Shown: positions 48,301 to 61,765 of the stretch, piece by piece | Position numbering within the stretch: the stretch's first letter is position 1 | How the letters are laid out: each line of letters begins with the position of its first letter | NCBI GenBank assembly: GCA_001643675.2 | Contig: LSRY02000012.1 | Location: forward strand, 930,001 to 994,000 | Length of the DNA: 64,000 nucleotides | Source of the DNA: Monocercomonoides exilis PA203 | Lineage: Eukaryota; Protista; Preaxostyla | Direction of reading: 5' to 3' | The notes under the pieces: model-generated | The model's database searches: none | Told to the model about the DNA's origin: nothing | The model's input: only the letters and a program-made list of their open reading frames with translations | Translations under genes and position numbers: made by a program

Positions 48301-49670
48301 TCAAAATGCTTCACCCACAAAATAATCATCTTCTTTTAGAGCATTTCTGGCAGTATCAATAGCTTTCACAGCCTTTAAATAAAAAAGAAAGCACCTTTTC
48401 AAAGCATTAGCTGTAATAACTGGTACAAACTTATCAATCGAGTTGCTCTATTGGAAACGCCGATGGAAAAGAGTCTTTTCTTCTCTCTATAAATACAACG
48501 TGAATATGTTTTGATTTCATGAAGGATGAAGATCCGACCTATTCTCCTCCTTCTCTGCCTTTGATTCAGATGGTCCATTCTTCAAACTTCTACGGAAATG
48601 CAAAGAGGTTTTAACCTTTTCATTTGCCTTGTCCGACTTGCCGCAGTTTATTTTGAAAGGAGCAGCTTTCGATCGATCTTTTCCAGCACGACATGTTTCT
48701 GGCAGCTGACAAGAACCCACAAATATGGGCATTTTGAGAAATACCAAGGATAATGCATGCGCATAAACTTATCCAGGCAATTTGACGACTCAGACCTAAA
48801 AGACATGCAAACGTCAATTCTGAAGATGATTTTCCAACAACATTTAATAAGGCCAGCATTACAAATCAAACAAAATAGATGAAATATGATCATCCAAACT
48901 TGAGATGGAAAAAAAGAGAAAAGTTATTCAAAAGGAGAAGCAAAGTTTTGATGCCATCCTTCCAAAGTTGCATCTTCATTTCATCTGTATTTGCTTCGAT
49001 TCATCTAAAAAAAAAAATAGCCTGATGCCGCAAACACACCTAAAGCAAAACATTGATGGCGATTTTAATAAAGCGATACAGGCACTGCAAATAGTGGGAC
49101 GCTGGATGAAGGTCTAATATTGGTGATCCCAGTTCGTTTGCACGACGGAAAGAGCAGAAATAATGAGAGATCCTTGAACTTTGGCATCGAGGCAATGGGA
49201 AAAAGGGAAGAAGAAGAAGAAGAAGAAGAAGAAGAAGAAGAAAAGCGATGATAGGGATTGTGGTGTTGGGTATTGCAAGAGGCGATGGTGGTGGCGATTG
49301 TGCCGTTATCTGTAATTTTTGTGTCAATAGCGCAGAAGGCGAGTAATTTGCTCCAAGTGAAGATGGAGTTGGAGAGAGAATCCATTGAGGGAATACACGA
49401 TTATGACACATGGCGCCTGTCGTAGCCTGCTTCAGGCATTGATATCAGTTCCGTTGTTGGCAATGATTTTGTTCTAGGAGATGAGAGAGAGAAAGCTGCC
49501 GTGTGCATCTCTTGTTTCCGTTCCGCAGCTCTATGTTCTGTTTGCTGGGGTTGTTGAGCTGCGTTGGTTGAATGGAGATTGGGAGATGCTGTTTCCTCCA
49601 AAAAGCATGTCTTTTCATTTTCCATTTGTGCTCTTTTGCCATAAAAATATTTCTTTTTCTTTTTTTGAGA

Positions 49671-49810
49671 GAGAAGGAGAGAAGGAGAGAAGGAGAGAAG
49701 GAGAGAAGGAGAGAAGGAGAGAAGGAGAGAAGGAGAGAAGGAGAGAAGGAGAGAAGGAGAGAAGGAGAGAAGGAGAGAAGGAGAGAAGGAGAGAAGGAGA
49801 GAAGGAGAGA
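49671..49810 (+). repeat. (GAGAAGGA)n 8-bp polypurine tandem repeat, about 17 units
   Basis: Directly visible perfect array; it produces the spurious EKERRREG and SFSPSLLL ORFs. Confidence 0.95.
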
Positions 49811-50352
49811 CGACTTGAAATGTGATGAGCAGTGATTTATATAATCGTGTTTTTTTTTTGATTCTATTTGTTCTATGGAGAATATTTTGCTGAAAGTCGA
49901 GAATAATGGACAAAAATTGAATAAAGATTTTTATTTTGAATAAACAGTATTTAATTGAAATAAAGGCACTTTATTTAAATTTAGTCTGATTATTCAAATA
50001 AAAAATATTTATTCGGATCTCATCCATTAATGTTCATATTCCATTAATGATTGTTTATTATTATCAGAAACTATTGCGTTATACTATTATTAAAGTTTGA
50101 ATAACTTTCTTTTTCAAACTAGTATGGTTATATCCGTTGCTTGAATGGATTACGAAAATATTTAAATAAAAAGCGAGTTAACCTTTTAAAAAAATAACAC
50201 CACAGACGACCGAAAGGCTGAATTTGTGAATAAATTATTAAATGAAGAAATATTATTTCTAATTATTGCAAAAACCATAGTTCATCTTTTTTAATGCATG
50301 TATTATGGAACTGTAAATCTTTATAGTTGCAGAGAAAAGAACATAAACAGAA

Positions 50353-53300
50353 ATGCTTTTGATTTTCGTATTTTCCCAAGTTATGCTATCTACATATTCT
50401 GAAGAGAATGATTTAACAGAGGTGTTTGTGAAACTCACCGGAGAAGATAGCAAAAACGGTACAAGTGCTAGCGAAGCAATTAAGAGCATGACAACTGCTT
50501 ACAATAAACTGAAATCGGATGGAGATGAATCAGTCGCGATCAAAGTTGTCAATGACACATCATCATTTATTGCAGAAGTCATCACATTTAACAAGAAGAA
50601 CATTACGATCATGGGAGTTAATGATGATGGGAGTGAGATCACAGAAGTTAGTATAAGCTGCAGTGTGGGAACAGACAACGACTTCTTCACATGTGAGAAA
50701 ATTGTGGAATTCATGTATCTAAATTTTGAATTCAAAGCAAATGCGGATTCAAGTTCAAGCGCAAATGCAGGAGAAAAAGCATTGATTGCATCTGGGGAAG
50801 GATCAACATCTGTGAATATTAGCCACTGCAAATTTTCTCGTCCAAAAGCGACAATTCCTGGAAACATGTTTACGAATAATGAAGGAACAGAAGACAGTCC
50901 TATTGCTTTCCACCTTGTGAAAGTTGGCGCAGGAGCACTAGCAATGAATAATGTTGAATGCACAGATGACAATGATGCAGTTACATTTTCGGCAACGCCA
51001 TTTTTAGCAGAGGGAACTATTACGGATATTTCACTGATAGAATTGAATTTGAAGAAGATTGTATCGAGCACAGGTGCTGTGGTGAAGATTGTTGGGAATG
51101 AAAATAATAATGAAGGTGGAAGACATGATAATGAAGATAGTGGAACTGAGGGCGCAGTGGTATTGACACTCGACAAATGCACATTCGCTGAATGCGGTTC
51201 TACAGAACCAGCTGGAACGGCAACAAGTGGAGTATTATATTTTGAAAGCAATAAAACTGAAAGTAAAATTTCTGTTGGAAATACAGGCGCAATAACATTT
51301 TCGAAATGTGCTTGTGCAAAGGGGAAGTCAGGAGGGATGTATATTAAAATGACAGGAATTACAGATGCCTCTAAATTAACATGGCCAGAAGCAGGAACCG
51401 GTTTGGTGTTCACAGAATGCACAGCCGGAGAAGAAGATTCCGTAAGAAACACAGGATTGTATTTGGAAGTTCCCGAAGCGTTAATTGGAGATATTGCAAA
51501 AGCAATGAAAGATGGCTTTGCGAAGGAATACACAATGGAAAAGAATGACTGGTTTATCGCAGCAAAAGGAGCTGATAGTCATTCAGATATCGATTTTACT
51601 GCATTATATTTTGATCCACACCAAGCATTTGCCAAAAATAATGGGACTGGTGAAGGACGGACTTTGAATGCAGCATCAAGTAACCTTGCGAAAGCATTAA
51701 CGATATTTGACAATCCAAAAAGCAGCGAAATATACGTGATAAAAGTTGTTAAAGATGAAGCAGCATTTACAGCTGATTCAGTAGAATTTGACAAGAAGAA
51801 CATTACGATCATGGGTGTTGGTAGTGATGGAAATAAATGTGAAACTGATAGAGTTGATATCAGTTGCAGTGTGGGAATAGACAAGGATTTCTTCACATGT
51901 AAGAAAATTGTGGAATTCATGTATCTAAATTTTGAATTCAAAGCAGACACTACTGTGAGTGGGTCAAAAAAGAACGATGGAGAAGAAAAGGCGTTGATTG
52001 TTGCAGGAAGTGACTCAACATCGCTGAACATAAGCCACTGCAAATTTACTCAATCAAAAGTGGAGACTTCAAATGATTTGTTTGCAAATGATGAACCACA
52101 AGACATCACAATTGGATTCCATCTTGTTAAAGTGTGTGCAGGCAAATTGAATATTACCGATGTTGAGTGTGCAGACAATACCGATGAAGTTCGATTTTCT
52201 GTAGCGCCGTTCTTGTCAAAAGGAGCATTAAGAGTAACATTGGAATCAGTAACACTGAAGAAGATTGCATCTAGCACAAGTGCAGTTGTGAAGATTGCAG
52301 GGGAAAGCGATGCCGTTGATGTGTACATGAATGGATGCACGTTTTCAGAGTGTAAATCTGAAGATGCTACAGGTGGAATATTGGATTTTGAAAGTGACCA
52401 CGAACACAGCTTATTCACAGTAAATGGATATGAAAATGTCGAATTTGAGAATTGCAGCTGTGTAAAAGGGAAGTCTGGGGGTATTTATTTGAAACTTACA
52501 GGAATAACAGAAGCCAATCAGCTAACATGGCCAGAAACAGATTTACCAATGGAGCTGATATTTAAGAATTGTACAATCGGTGAAAGTGAGTCAGTCAGGA
52601 ACACAGGATTATATTTGGAAGTACCCGAAAGGTTGTATGAAGAAATAGCAGCCGAGATGAAGAAGAGTTTTGCAGCAGACTACACACTTGAAAAGAACGA
52701 TTGGTTTGTTGCAGCAAAGGGAGAAAATGATGTTGATATTGACTTTACAGCGAAATACTTTGATCCTCCGGTTGCATATGTGAAGAAAGGAGGAGAAGGA
52801 AAAGGAAAAGAAATACGAAGAGCCAAAAGGGAAGCTGAGTGAAGCATATAAATTATTTGATAATACAAATTGCGGAGAAAGATATTTCATAAAGGTTATA
52901 AAGAACAACGAAGCTCTCGAAGCAGATGCTGTTGAATTCGATAAAGAATCAGGAATCACAATTGAAGGTGTAGATAAATCAGAGGATGTTGAAATAGAAA
53001 CTGAAGTTGAGATCAATTGTGATGCTAAATCAGGAAGCGATCTGTTCACGTGCAAACGAAATGTTGAGTTCAATCATTTGGCGTTTAAATTCCCGGCTTC
53101 ATTGAACAAAAATGAAGATCCTGATGAATCAGTTGTGAATGGTGAAGCAGGACCATTTTCGTTAATAGCTTCAGGATCAGACTCAGAATTGTTGGCAATA
53201 AGCAACTGCAGATTTGTTCGGCCAGTGACAGGAGAAGAGAAAGCGAATATTCATCTTGTGAAAGTGAGTACCGGAGCGCTGAAGATGAGCGCAGTTGTTT

Positions 53301-54045
53301 GTGCTGACGATACGAATGAAGTGAAATTCCAAGAATCATTGTTTGATATTAGTTGTGCAAGTGATGTCGATTTGGAAGGAGTGGATATCAGCAAAGTCAG
53401 TGTTATAAATGGTGCAACTATTAGCATCAAGGATGAAACAGGTTCAATTTCAAATGTTAATATCGAAGGGCTGACTATGAAGGATGTAAAGTCGGAGAAT
53501 GGAGCATCTGCCGGTATTATTATTAATATGACATCAGAATCATCATCAGTGAAAATGGGAAGAGCAAACAAATGTTCATTCAAATCGTGCACAGCGCCAG
53601 CTGGAATGCAGGAGCAATGTATGTTGAGATGTCGAAGGCTACAGCACAGTTGCTGCTTCCACTTGCAAACAATCTTGATATCGATAACTCGAACACAGCA
53701 CATAATTCATCAGTAGCATCATTGTGCATTGTTGCACCAGATTTTGATGCATTCAGCAAGCAAGAGGGAGCATTCGAATTTGCGAAGGATTATACTGAAG
53801 CAAATGCAGGGTGGGTCGTGGGAGCAGCTGACGAGAATTCGGAACCTGAGGATGTTTATGAGAAATATCTGAAGAAGAACCATGATGATCCGAAAGATGA
53901 TCCTGTCCCAGATGATGATAAGAAAGCAAACACGGGAGTGATTGTTGCTATTGTAGTGCCAATTGTAGTAGTAGTTGTTGTTGTCGCTGCTATTGCGATC
54001 ATTGCGATTGTGATTGTGAGGAGAAAAAGGTCACTGCATAACTAA
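50353..54045 (+). CDS. Type-I membrane surface protein with three ~400-aa Cys-containing (Pmp/beta-helix-like) repeats, interrupted by two compensating frameshifts (pseudogene or sequencing errors)
   Basis: Hydrophobic N-terminus (MLLIFVFSQVMLS). Repeats share IKVV.D...F.A....F.KKNITIMGV, FFTC.KIVEFMYLNFEF, LNISHCKF, HLVKV..G.L and F..C.C..GKSGG.Y. The frame shifts +1 near 52810 (continuing KYEEPKGKLSEAYKLFDNTNCGERYFIKVIKNNEALEADAVEFDK into ORF 53078) and -1 near 53605 (continuing NAGAMYVEM into ORF 53572). C-terminal TM GVIVAIVVPIVVVVVVVAAIAIIAIVIV, then RRKRSLHN. The repaired product is about 1230 aa. Confidence 0.8.
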
Positions 54046-54320
54046 GAGATCTGCATAGAATTTAAGAATCTGTTGTTTTTATCATGAAGAAATGTGATCA
54101 CATAAAGGATTGGGAAGAGCAATAGTGGAAATAAGGATAATAGATAATTATTAAATTATACATTATTATTTACTTGTAATTTTTGTGTTCTTTTTTTAAA
54201 TAAAATAAGTTAAACCAGTGATGCTGATATTTAATCTTTTTGTTTTATTATTTTATTTTTTGTGCTCATTTGTGATTACATGTGAGCAAAATCGGATTTA
54301 TTCTTTTCAGTTTAATTTTT

Positions 54321-54323
<3 letters not shown>

Positions 54324-54351
<28 letters not shown>

Positions 54352-54394
54352 TATTTTTATTTTTATTTTTATTTTTATTTTTATTTTTATTTTT
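54324..54394 (+). repeat. (TTTTTA)n microsatellite
   Basis: About 11 visible tandem units. Confidence 0.9.
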
Positions 54395-56782
54395 CTCAAA
54401 TATCCTTTATTTTTCATTTGTATTATATAAATTGTTTATGTTATTTTCGGTGTAGCATCATTCATTGCTTCTTCATTGAGGACGTTTTCAGCCCTCGATG
54501 AATATATTAGGTTCCATTTTCTATGTATTTTTTCAAATTCAATATTAGAAAAAACAGGGAAAATCATTTGAATCAGTAATAAGAATTATTTCAATTTTTC
54601 TTAAAATTTGAGTTCATCAGGCCGTATCTTCTAACATTTGGGAAAGTTTTTTTTTTGAAAAATTACTTCTAATTAATTTTCTTTGAAAAAAAATTTTGCG
54701 ATAGTCGATTAAATCGAAACCAAATATATATATGTCAAAATTTTTTTGAAAATGAAACGAAAGGAACTTTTCAAAGAAAATTTGACATATATATGGGTGA
54801 TTTTTTTTGAAAATATGGGTGATTTTTTTTGATATCATAAAATATTCCGACGTTTGATCATAAAAAATTTTCATTAAGGGTGGGGTTGAATCGAAAATAT
54901 TTTTGTTTTATAGTGCGAAAATATCGTTCAATATATTTTTATTTTAATTTGTTTGCTGGTTTTAATTCATTTCAAATTGTTTTTATAACTTATTTTCAAA
55001 AAAACATAAAAAATTATTCGAAAATATCAAAACTTAAAAAAACCAAAGCTTTCGGGATAAATTAACATGATAACAATAATTACGATAACGTCATAAAGAA
55101 ATTTACTATTCAAAAATTTGTTAAATAATGTGATTGAAAATGAAAAAATATAAGATTGGTTGAAATCGAAAAATATTTATTGAAATCATCAATTTTATGC
55201 AATTAACAATTTAAAAAATTGAATCAGCAACATTCGCTTCTCTTTCAATTGTTTTGTTATCTACTTCTGAAATATGTAAACATTTTGTTTCATGTCAATT
55301 TAATGTTTATCATCTAAAACTACTTTTTCCAAAAATAATTTATCCCATTCCCTTCACAATCCATCCATCATACACACTTTCCATATAAATTCGCTTGCTC
55401 AGCTCGATAGTCACCCTGCATAACGAGATATCCCGCTTTTTCTCATTTTCATTCATTTCCACCTCCTGCCCTGAAAGAAACACAAAAACAGTCAACAGGC
55501 AAATATTCAAATAAATGAAAATAAATAAATGCCAAACGGCCCTTCAACTGTTTTTTGCCAAACAGCTTCATTCCACGGTCATCATCATTTAAAAAATCAA
55601 TCTCTTCATTTCAGTCTCAGAATGGTCAAATTGCAGCATGGAATGCATCTCCACAAAATATTTTATATATCTCACTGGAGGGTCCTTTCAGCCCGTACAC
55701 ATTGTGGTGGATGTCCAGAGGGGTTTTTTCTGTTTTTGGAACGATCTACTCCTTTAATAATATTCTCAACTATCCAAAATCGTATATCTTGTTTATCTCA
55801 TCAACAATAGGCACAGGAGGGATATGGAGCAGAGAAGAGATGGAAGAGGATTATTTATATCAGGGGGTGAGAGTTGAGCATTTTTAAGAATGTTAATGTT
55901 TCGAGGAAGGTTTTTGAATGAAAGAAATTTTGAGACAGAGGGATGGGGAAGAGCAAGTGGAGATTTGGAGAAGATAATATAGTAAATATGTAGAGAAGTG
56001 ATTGGGGATGGTGAGAAAGGTTTATTGTTGATGGGAGATATGGAATTTGAAGAGAAAGAAAAGAGGTCACAAGCGGGACAGAAGATGAATAATCTGAAGA
56101 GTTTGATTGGAAGAGGGGTATTTTTTGAGAGGAAAAGAATGTTTTATGGAAGAGAATGACAAAGATGAAGAAAAGGAGGGGATTGATATTTTCTGATGAT
56201 TTTGGGGGTTAAAAGGAAGATGGAAATGGAAAGGAAAGAAAATTGAGAAATATCTTCATTTTTTATTTTTGAGGGGAAAGGAGGGGAAATAACAAAAGGC
56301 AGAAACGAATTGAGGATATCATCTTTCATCAATCAATTTCCTTCAGCCTTCAACAAATATTGTGATTACGATTGTGTTACCATATATGAAATCAACTCAT
56401 TGAATAGAATATTTGGTACAATCAACGACTTCATACAAATTGTTTTCAACTTCTCGAATTTCGTTCGACTGATTTCACATTTCTCAACTGTTTCTTTTTC
56501 TTCGCCTTCATTTTCGTCTTCGACTTCTTTTGTTTCTTCTTCTTCATCTTCCTCTTCCTTTCTCTTTCTTCATCACCTTTTTCTTCACCTTTTTCTCACC
56601 TTCCTCTTCTTCTTCAGTGTTATTTTTGCTCACTTCGTATTATTTCATTCCATCTTTTTTCCAACGAACTTCAGCTGTTCAATAAACAGCTTGATTATAA
56701 AAACCAATAATTATTTCATTCGGTTTCTATTCGCTGAACATCATCATATTCGTTATCAATTCCTTATATTGCTGAGCTAGAA

Positions 56783-59700
56783 GTGCATCTGAACTGTGTT
56801 CCTCTTCTACAGAGGTGTATTTCGCTTTGCTTTATCGTTTCGAACAACATCCGTGCAAAGGCTGTTCAGAATGAGCTGAAAGGAGTGGATAAGAAATGCA
56901 TAGGATCTGTCAGGCGCATAGCACTCCGCTCGCTTTATGACACCGCCAAGAAGCGAAGAGAGAGAAGTTCAAGTTCAAATGGAAGAGGCAAAGAACGCGG
57001 AGCGCAAAAGCAAGTTGAGCGAAGAGCAGAGGAAAGGGAATCATGCGAAGAACAGAAGCTAAGATGAAGACAAATGAGAAAGACGAGTTTTGCACATTGC
57101 AAATTGATGCATTCGACATAAGGCTTCCACAGGCAGTAACAGAAAGGAGGAGGAGGGACAGGGGAAGAGAAGAAGAAGGAGGAGGTGATGAAGAAGATGA
57201 TGATGAATAACAGCAGACATTCTGCTCATTCGAATGCACACTCTCATCTGTCCAGTTACACACTCAACACATCACGGCCTCCTCGAAGATTTCCACTCCT
57301 CCTTTTTCTCTCTTGCTCCACACCCAATTGTCTCCCTCTTCTGTTCTTGTTGGAACTCCTCCAAAGCCACTCACTTCATCATTTCCCGCTACCCATTCCT
57401 CTTCACTCACGCAGAAGTCCCTCTGCACATTCAGCCCAAGCTCATCTTTTTTATCTAACATGTCTTCTTCCTCTCCATCTTCTTCTCCATCTTCTATTTC
57501 TTCATTCTCTTTACTACCTTTTGGAACTGTGCCGATACCTCGTGCGATTCTCGGAAAAAACAGATTGGGCAATGCAGGCGTGTTTGCCAGCAGCAGCATG
57601 TCAGACATGAGGGATGTGTTTGATCAACAGGGCATCCTTCTGAACTATGCAGCGTATGTGGCTAGCCAGGAGATTCGGGTAGGTGGGGAAAAGGAGGGGA
57701 AGAGAGAGAGGAAGGATGAGAAGAGGAGTGCAAATGAGTTTGTGAGTGATAAAGATGGAAAGGGATCGTTGTATCTGAAAGATAAATGCATCGATAATGA
57801 GAAAGATGAAGAGGAAGAAGAGGAGGAGGAAGAGGAAGTAGAAAATGGATTTGGCAGAGATATTAGAAAGGTTCAGAAAGATAGGGGCTCAAAAGAAAAG
57901 AAGAAAACAACAAAAGAGAAGAATAAGCCTGTTACGATTCTGACCACACTTTACTCAGATTTTCTGCCTGAAATCAAAAATCGAAAAAGGATTCAGCAGC
58001 AGATTATCGAAACACCATTCACTTTCTCAACATTTGCATCTGCAAGCACATCAACTTCATTCACTTCTTCTTCATTTCCCATTTCATCACCATCATCACC
58101 ACTACCTTCTTCTTCTTTTTCTTCTTTTTCTTCCTTTTCTCCCTCCCCAACCAACCTGCCATCCATAAAGCACAGCTTAGAGCGTTCGTTCAAAGTGAAG
58201 CGGCAGTATGTGATTAATTTATGTGCCAGTTTCGTTTGTGGCACTTTTCTGTCGATGGACGTGCCGTTTTCGCTGCGCTGTGCGTTTTCTGTTGAACAGT
58301 TAATGGTCTGCGGCTTCGACGACATCCGCAGACTGAGGGGATTCAACGCCATTTCCCACGTGGCAAACCAGAATTGAATGGAAATTTTTGAATTTTCTAA
58401 TAAATAAAGTATATTTCATTAATAGTTTGATTTATTTTTGTTTATCAATATTTTGCTTTTCAAATATTTATCTTTATTTAAATTTTTTTGTTCACTCTCA
58501 AATGATGAATAGTTATGATGGTGGAATAATATCCATGATTTTTCAATTGTCTTGCAAAGCAGAAAAGATTATTTGCTGAATGATGCTGTTGCAAAGCAAT
58601 TGATCAGATTTATGGGGTTTGCCAGAAACTATTTATTGAAATTTCATTCACAATATTTTCTTTCTTTCTTTTCGAATTCTTTTTCTTCTTCATTTTTATA
58701 CACTCTTTTTCGCTTATTCATTTAATTATTCACAAACACACAATTATATTCACATCCAGTTTCCGCTGGTATCCTCTTGTCTCTTCTTCTCTTCGTGTGA
58801 TCAACAAGTTCATCACCAACGGTACCGAGTTCCACTTTGCGTTCCTTCGCCACGGCATTCTCCAGCTCATCCACTGCCTGCTGCACTCGCCGCGCGCTGA
58901 ATACAGCGACAAAGCACCTTCTATTCTTCTCTCGCTGACCAACAAGTTGTTCAAGCTGTTTGCCAGCTCTCTCGACAAAGCGCTGTTTAACGAGCTGGCC
59001 GAACTGATGTACTCGTCACAGGCGATTGTGCGGAACAACGCGTCGGAAATCATCGAGGCGCTTGCTGAAGGAAGAGGGCTGGATGAAGAAGGAGAAGAGA
59101 AACGAGAAGGATAAAGAAGCGAACAACGAACCAACAGTCACGAAGGAAGAGCTACTGCGTAGTTTGCTGAGCTGGGGTGTTGGGTCGAATCTTTTTGGCG
59201 TTATGGCTTCACCAAAGGAGACTGACATAGCGAAAATAATAATTGCTGGTACTTTGCTTAATCTGTATGCAGCCGTTGGGAAAAAGAGGAACAGGAGAAG
59301 ATACGAAGGAGGATGATGATGAAGGGGATGAAGAAAAGGAGAGTGTAAGGAAAGAGAAGAAGAAGAAGAAGAAGAAGATTGGCGTTCATGTACGTCTTCT
59401 CCTCGCACACAAGGTCATTCGCCCACTTTGTCTCGACTGCGTTCTTTCCTGTTTTCACCTTTGCTGCAGATTCCATAGATAGCCTCAGTACTAATTCTAT
59501 GTCATACCGATCCCACCATTACATGCTCCACCCACTGCCCGAAGAACGCATACAGCTTCTCTACCTCAGTAGAATGCAGCGCAAAACAGCCACAGCGGAA
59601 CATTGTCCAATGAGAAGAGAAGAACTGCTATATCTGAGTCACTGAGTGCGCTCCTCAACAACAAGAATAATTTTCTTCTTTCAGAATCGTATTTGAAAGA
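56783..59700 (+). pseudogene. Fragmented gene for a helical (ARM/HEAT-like) protein with Ser-rich and acidic tracts
   Basis: Coding-like GC-richer blocks (56783-57067, 57313-58377, 58759-59114, 59026-59316, 59379-59645) broken by stops and frame changes, with an AT-rich intron-like gap at 58380-58758 ending in CAG. Segments such as LRVINKFITNGTEFHFAFLRHGILQLIHCLLHS and LFNELAELMYSSQAIVRNNASEIIEALAEG look ARM/HEAT-like. Confidence 0.45.
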
Positions 59701-60915
59701 GGGTTAAATCAATCCCTCAACCATTTGCTCCTTCTCCTTCATTCCCTTCCTCTTCTTCTTCTCCCAAGCTGCAACTAATTCCACAATCTTAACTCTTGCT
59801 GATACACAGCGCTTACAGAACAACAAATTAAAAAATACTTATAGACTTCTCAGAAAGCTTCGATGAAGCGCTGCCAAACGACTCAGAGAGCAAACATTGG
59901 TGAGAGCAGTAGAAAGGGAAGGGAAAGGATAAAGCATCCAGAACGTGTCAAACTCCACAATGGAGGAAAGAACTGGGCATGCCATTGTTTAATTGCTGCT
60001 AATGCCGTGAGCCGAAGGAAGAGAAAGAGAAGATAGAAGGTTTGAAAGAAGAGCGGAAGGATATCAATTTTGATCATCAAAGTGAGTAGCTTGTTTAGTG
60101 AAAGATATAGTTGCCATAGGGAGAGATGAGAGCGATGATGAAGAGAGTGAAATGAGGGGGAAACCAAAAAGGAAGAAAAGGATGATCAAGAGAAAGAGGA
60201 AGATGATGATGATAGAGGGAAAGAAATAGCATAAACAAAAAACGAATGATAGTTGAGGCGAATTCAATGTTGATTTCAACACAGAGCAACATGAGCAGGA
60301 ACTTTGGAAAAGCACGCAGTTAACGAAAGGAGAATTTTTAAAAATGTCGAGAAGAAATGTTAGGAAATAATGTTGTGAATCGAGAAAAAAAAATGTATTT
60401 TTCATGAAGAACAAAAAGATAAGTGACGAAAATGATTCAATTGCTCTTAATGATTGTTGTTTCCTGTGCAGTACAATCTCCGTTTGCTGAATCCGTAGTG
60501 CTGTTGTGTAATACCGGAAAATTTTGATGAGGTCTCACCTCGATTAATGAAATGCACATTTCTTTTTCTACGGAATAATAAAAATTCACATATTTGTTGC
60601 ATTTTTTTAAGTTCTTTAAATATTTTTTTCCTTTTATTAGCTTTGTTTAACAGGTTAAGAATATTTTTTTGTCTTTTTGATGAGTTTTGTTAATTAAACT
60701 TCATTAATTTTAAGTTCATTTTTATTTAACTTGATCAAAAAAATTCTTTTTCACAAAAACATCAAAAAGGTATGTCTTTTTTCATATTAATAAATAAAAC
60801 AAATATATATAACAGAAATAAAAGCTTAAAACTCGAAATAAATCAATAAAACTCTTTGATCAATGAATACCACAATAGATTTTATTTTTTCGATTTTTGA
60901 TCTTTTTTTATGATA

Positions 60916-60953
60916 TCAAAAAAAATCACCCATATATGGGTGATTTTTTTTGA
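60916..60953. repeat. Perfect 38-bp palindrome TCAAAAAAAATCACCCATATATGGGTGATTTTTTTTGA
   Basis: Self-complementary with no spacer; read directly from the sequence. Confidence 0.9.
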
Positions 60954-61765
60954 AAATATATTTGAACATTCACAATTTTCGGATCCAAAAATTTCCTTGA
61001 ATATTTGCAAATTAACACCGAAAAGTTAAAAGGCATTTTCATAAGTCCATCGTTTTCAATTCAACTTAAACATTTGTTTTTGAAACAGTTCTGATATCTA
61101 AAGCAATTGAATGAAAAAATCTTTACCCAATGGCAAACAATTTTTGAAAAAAACAGCACACCGAAAAAAATTATGATTTCAAAAAGAATCACCCAAAAGA
61201 AAAAAAAAATTGCAATTGTCACAAATGCTAATAAAAAAATTGAATAAAAGACACGATTCACTCCTTTTCTGTTCTCACGGAATTCGTGTTCATTATAAAT
61301 ATTTAAAGCTAATTAAAATTCTATTATTTGGTGGAAAATATGAACATTAAAGCTTTTTTTGTACAACAAATTGAAAAATTGCTTCACTTATAACTTTATT
61401 ACGCTTTCTCAGATTATTAAATAAATTTAATTTTCATATCCTGAAACAGGCATCATCGATATCAAAACATAAAGAATTATGACATTTCACGAATGTCAAA
61501 AAATGAACTCATTTTTATTGTGTTTTTTGTTCTTAAAACGTCAACGAAAAGTGTATAATTTTTTCAATGAAAATGCCTGAAGAGAAATATATCTCCCAAT
61601 TTTTGAAAGAAAAAAATGTTATTTCAATTACAATCACGATATGGGGGAAAATACGGACTTTCAAGCTTTTTATGCATAAAGCATGGAAAAATTGTTTAAC
61701 TTATAACATTTTTAAACTTAACCAGATTTCAAAATAAATTTGATTTTCATATCTGCAAGCAAATA

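Noticed and set aside
49401-49913. ORFs with SFSPSLLL or EKERRREG repeats
   Set aside because: Translation of the 8-bp tandem repeat.
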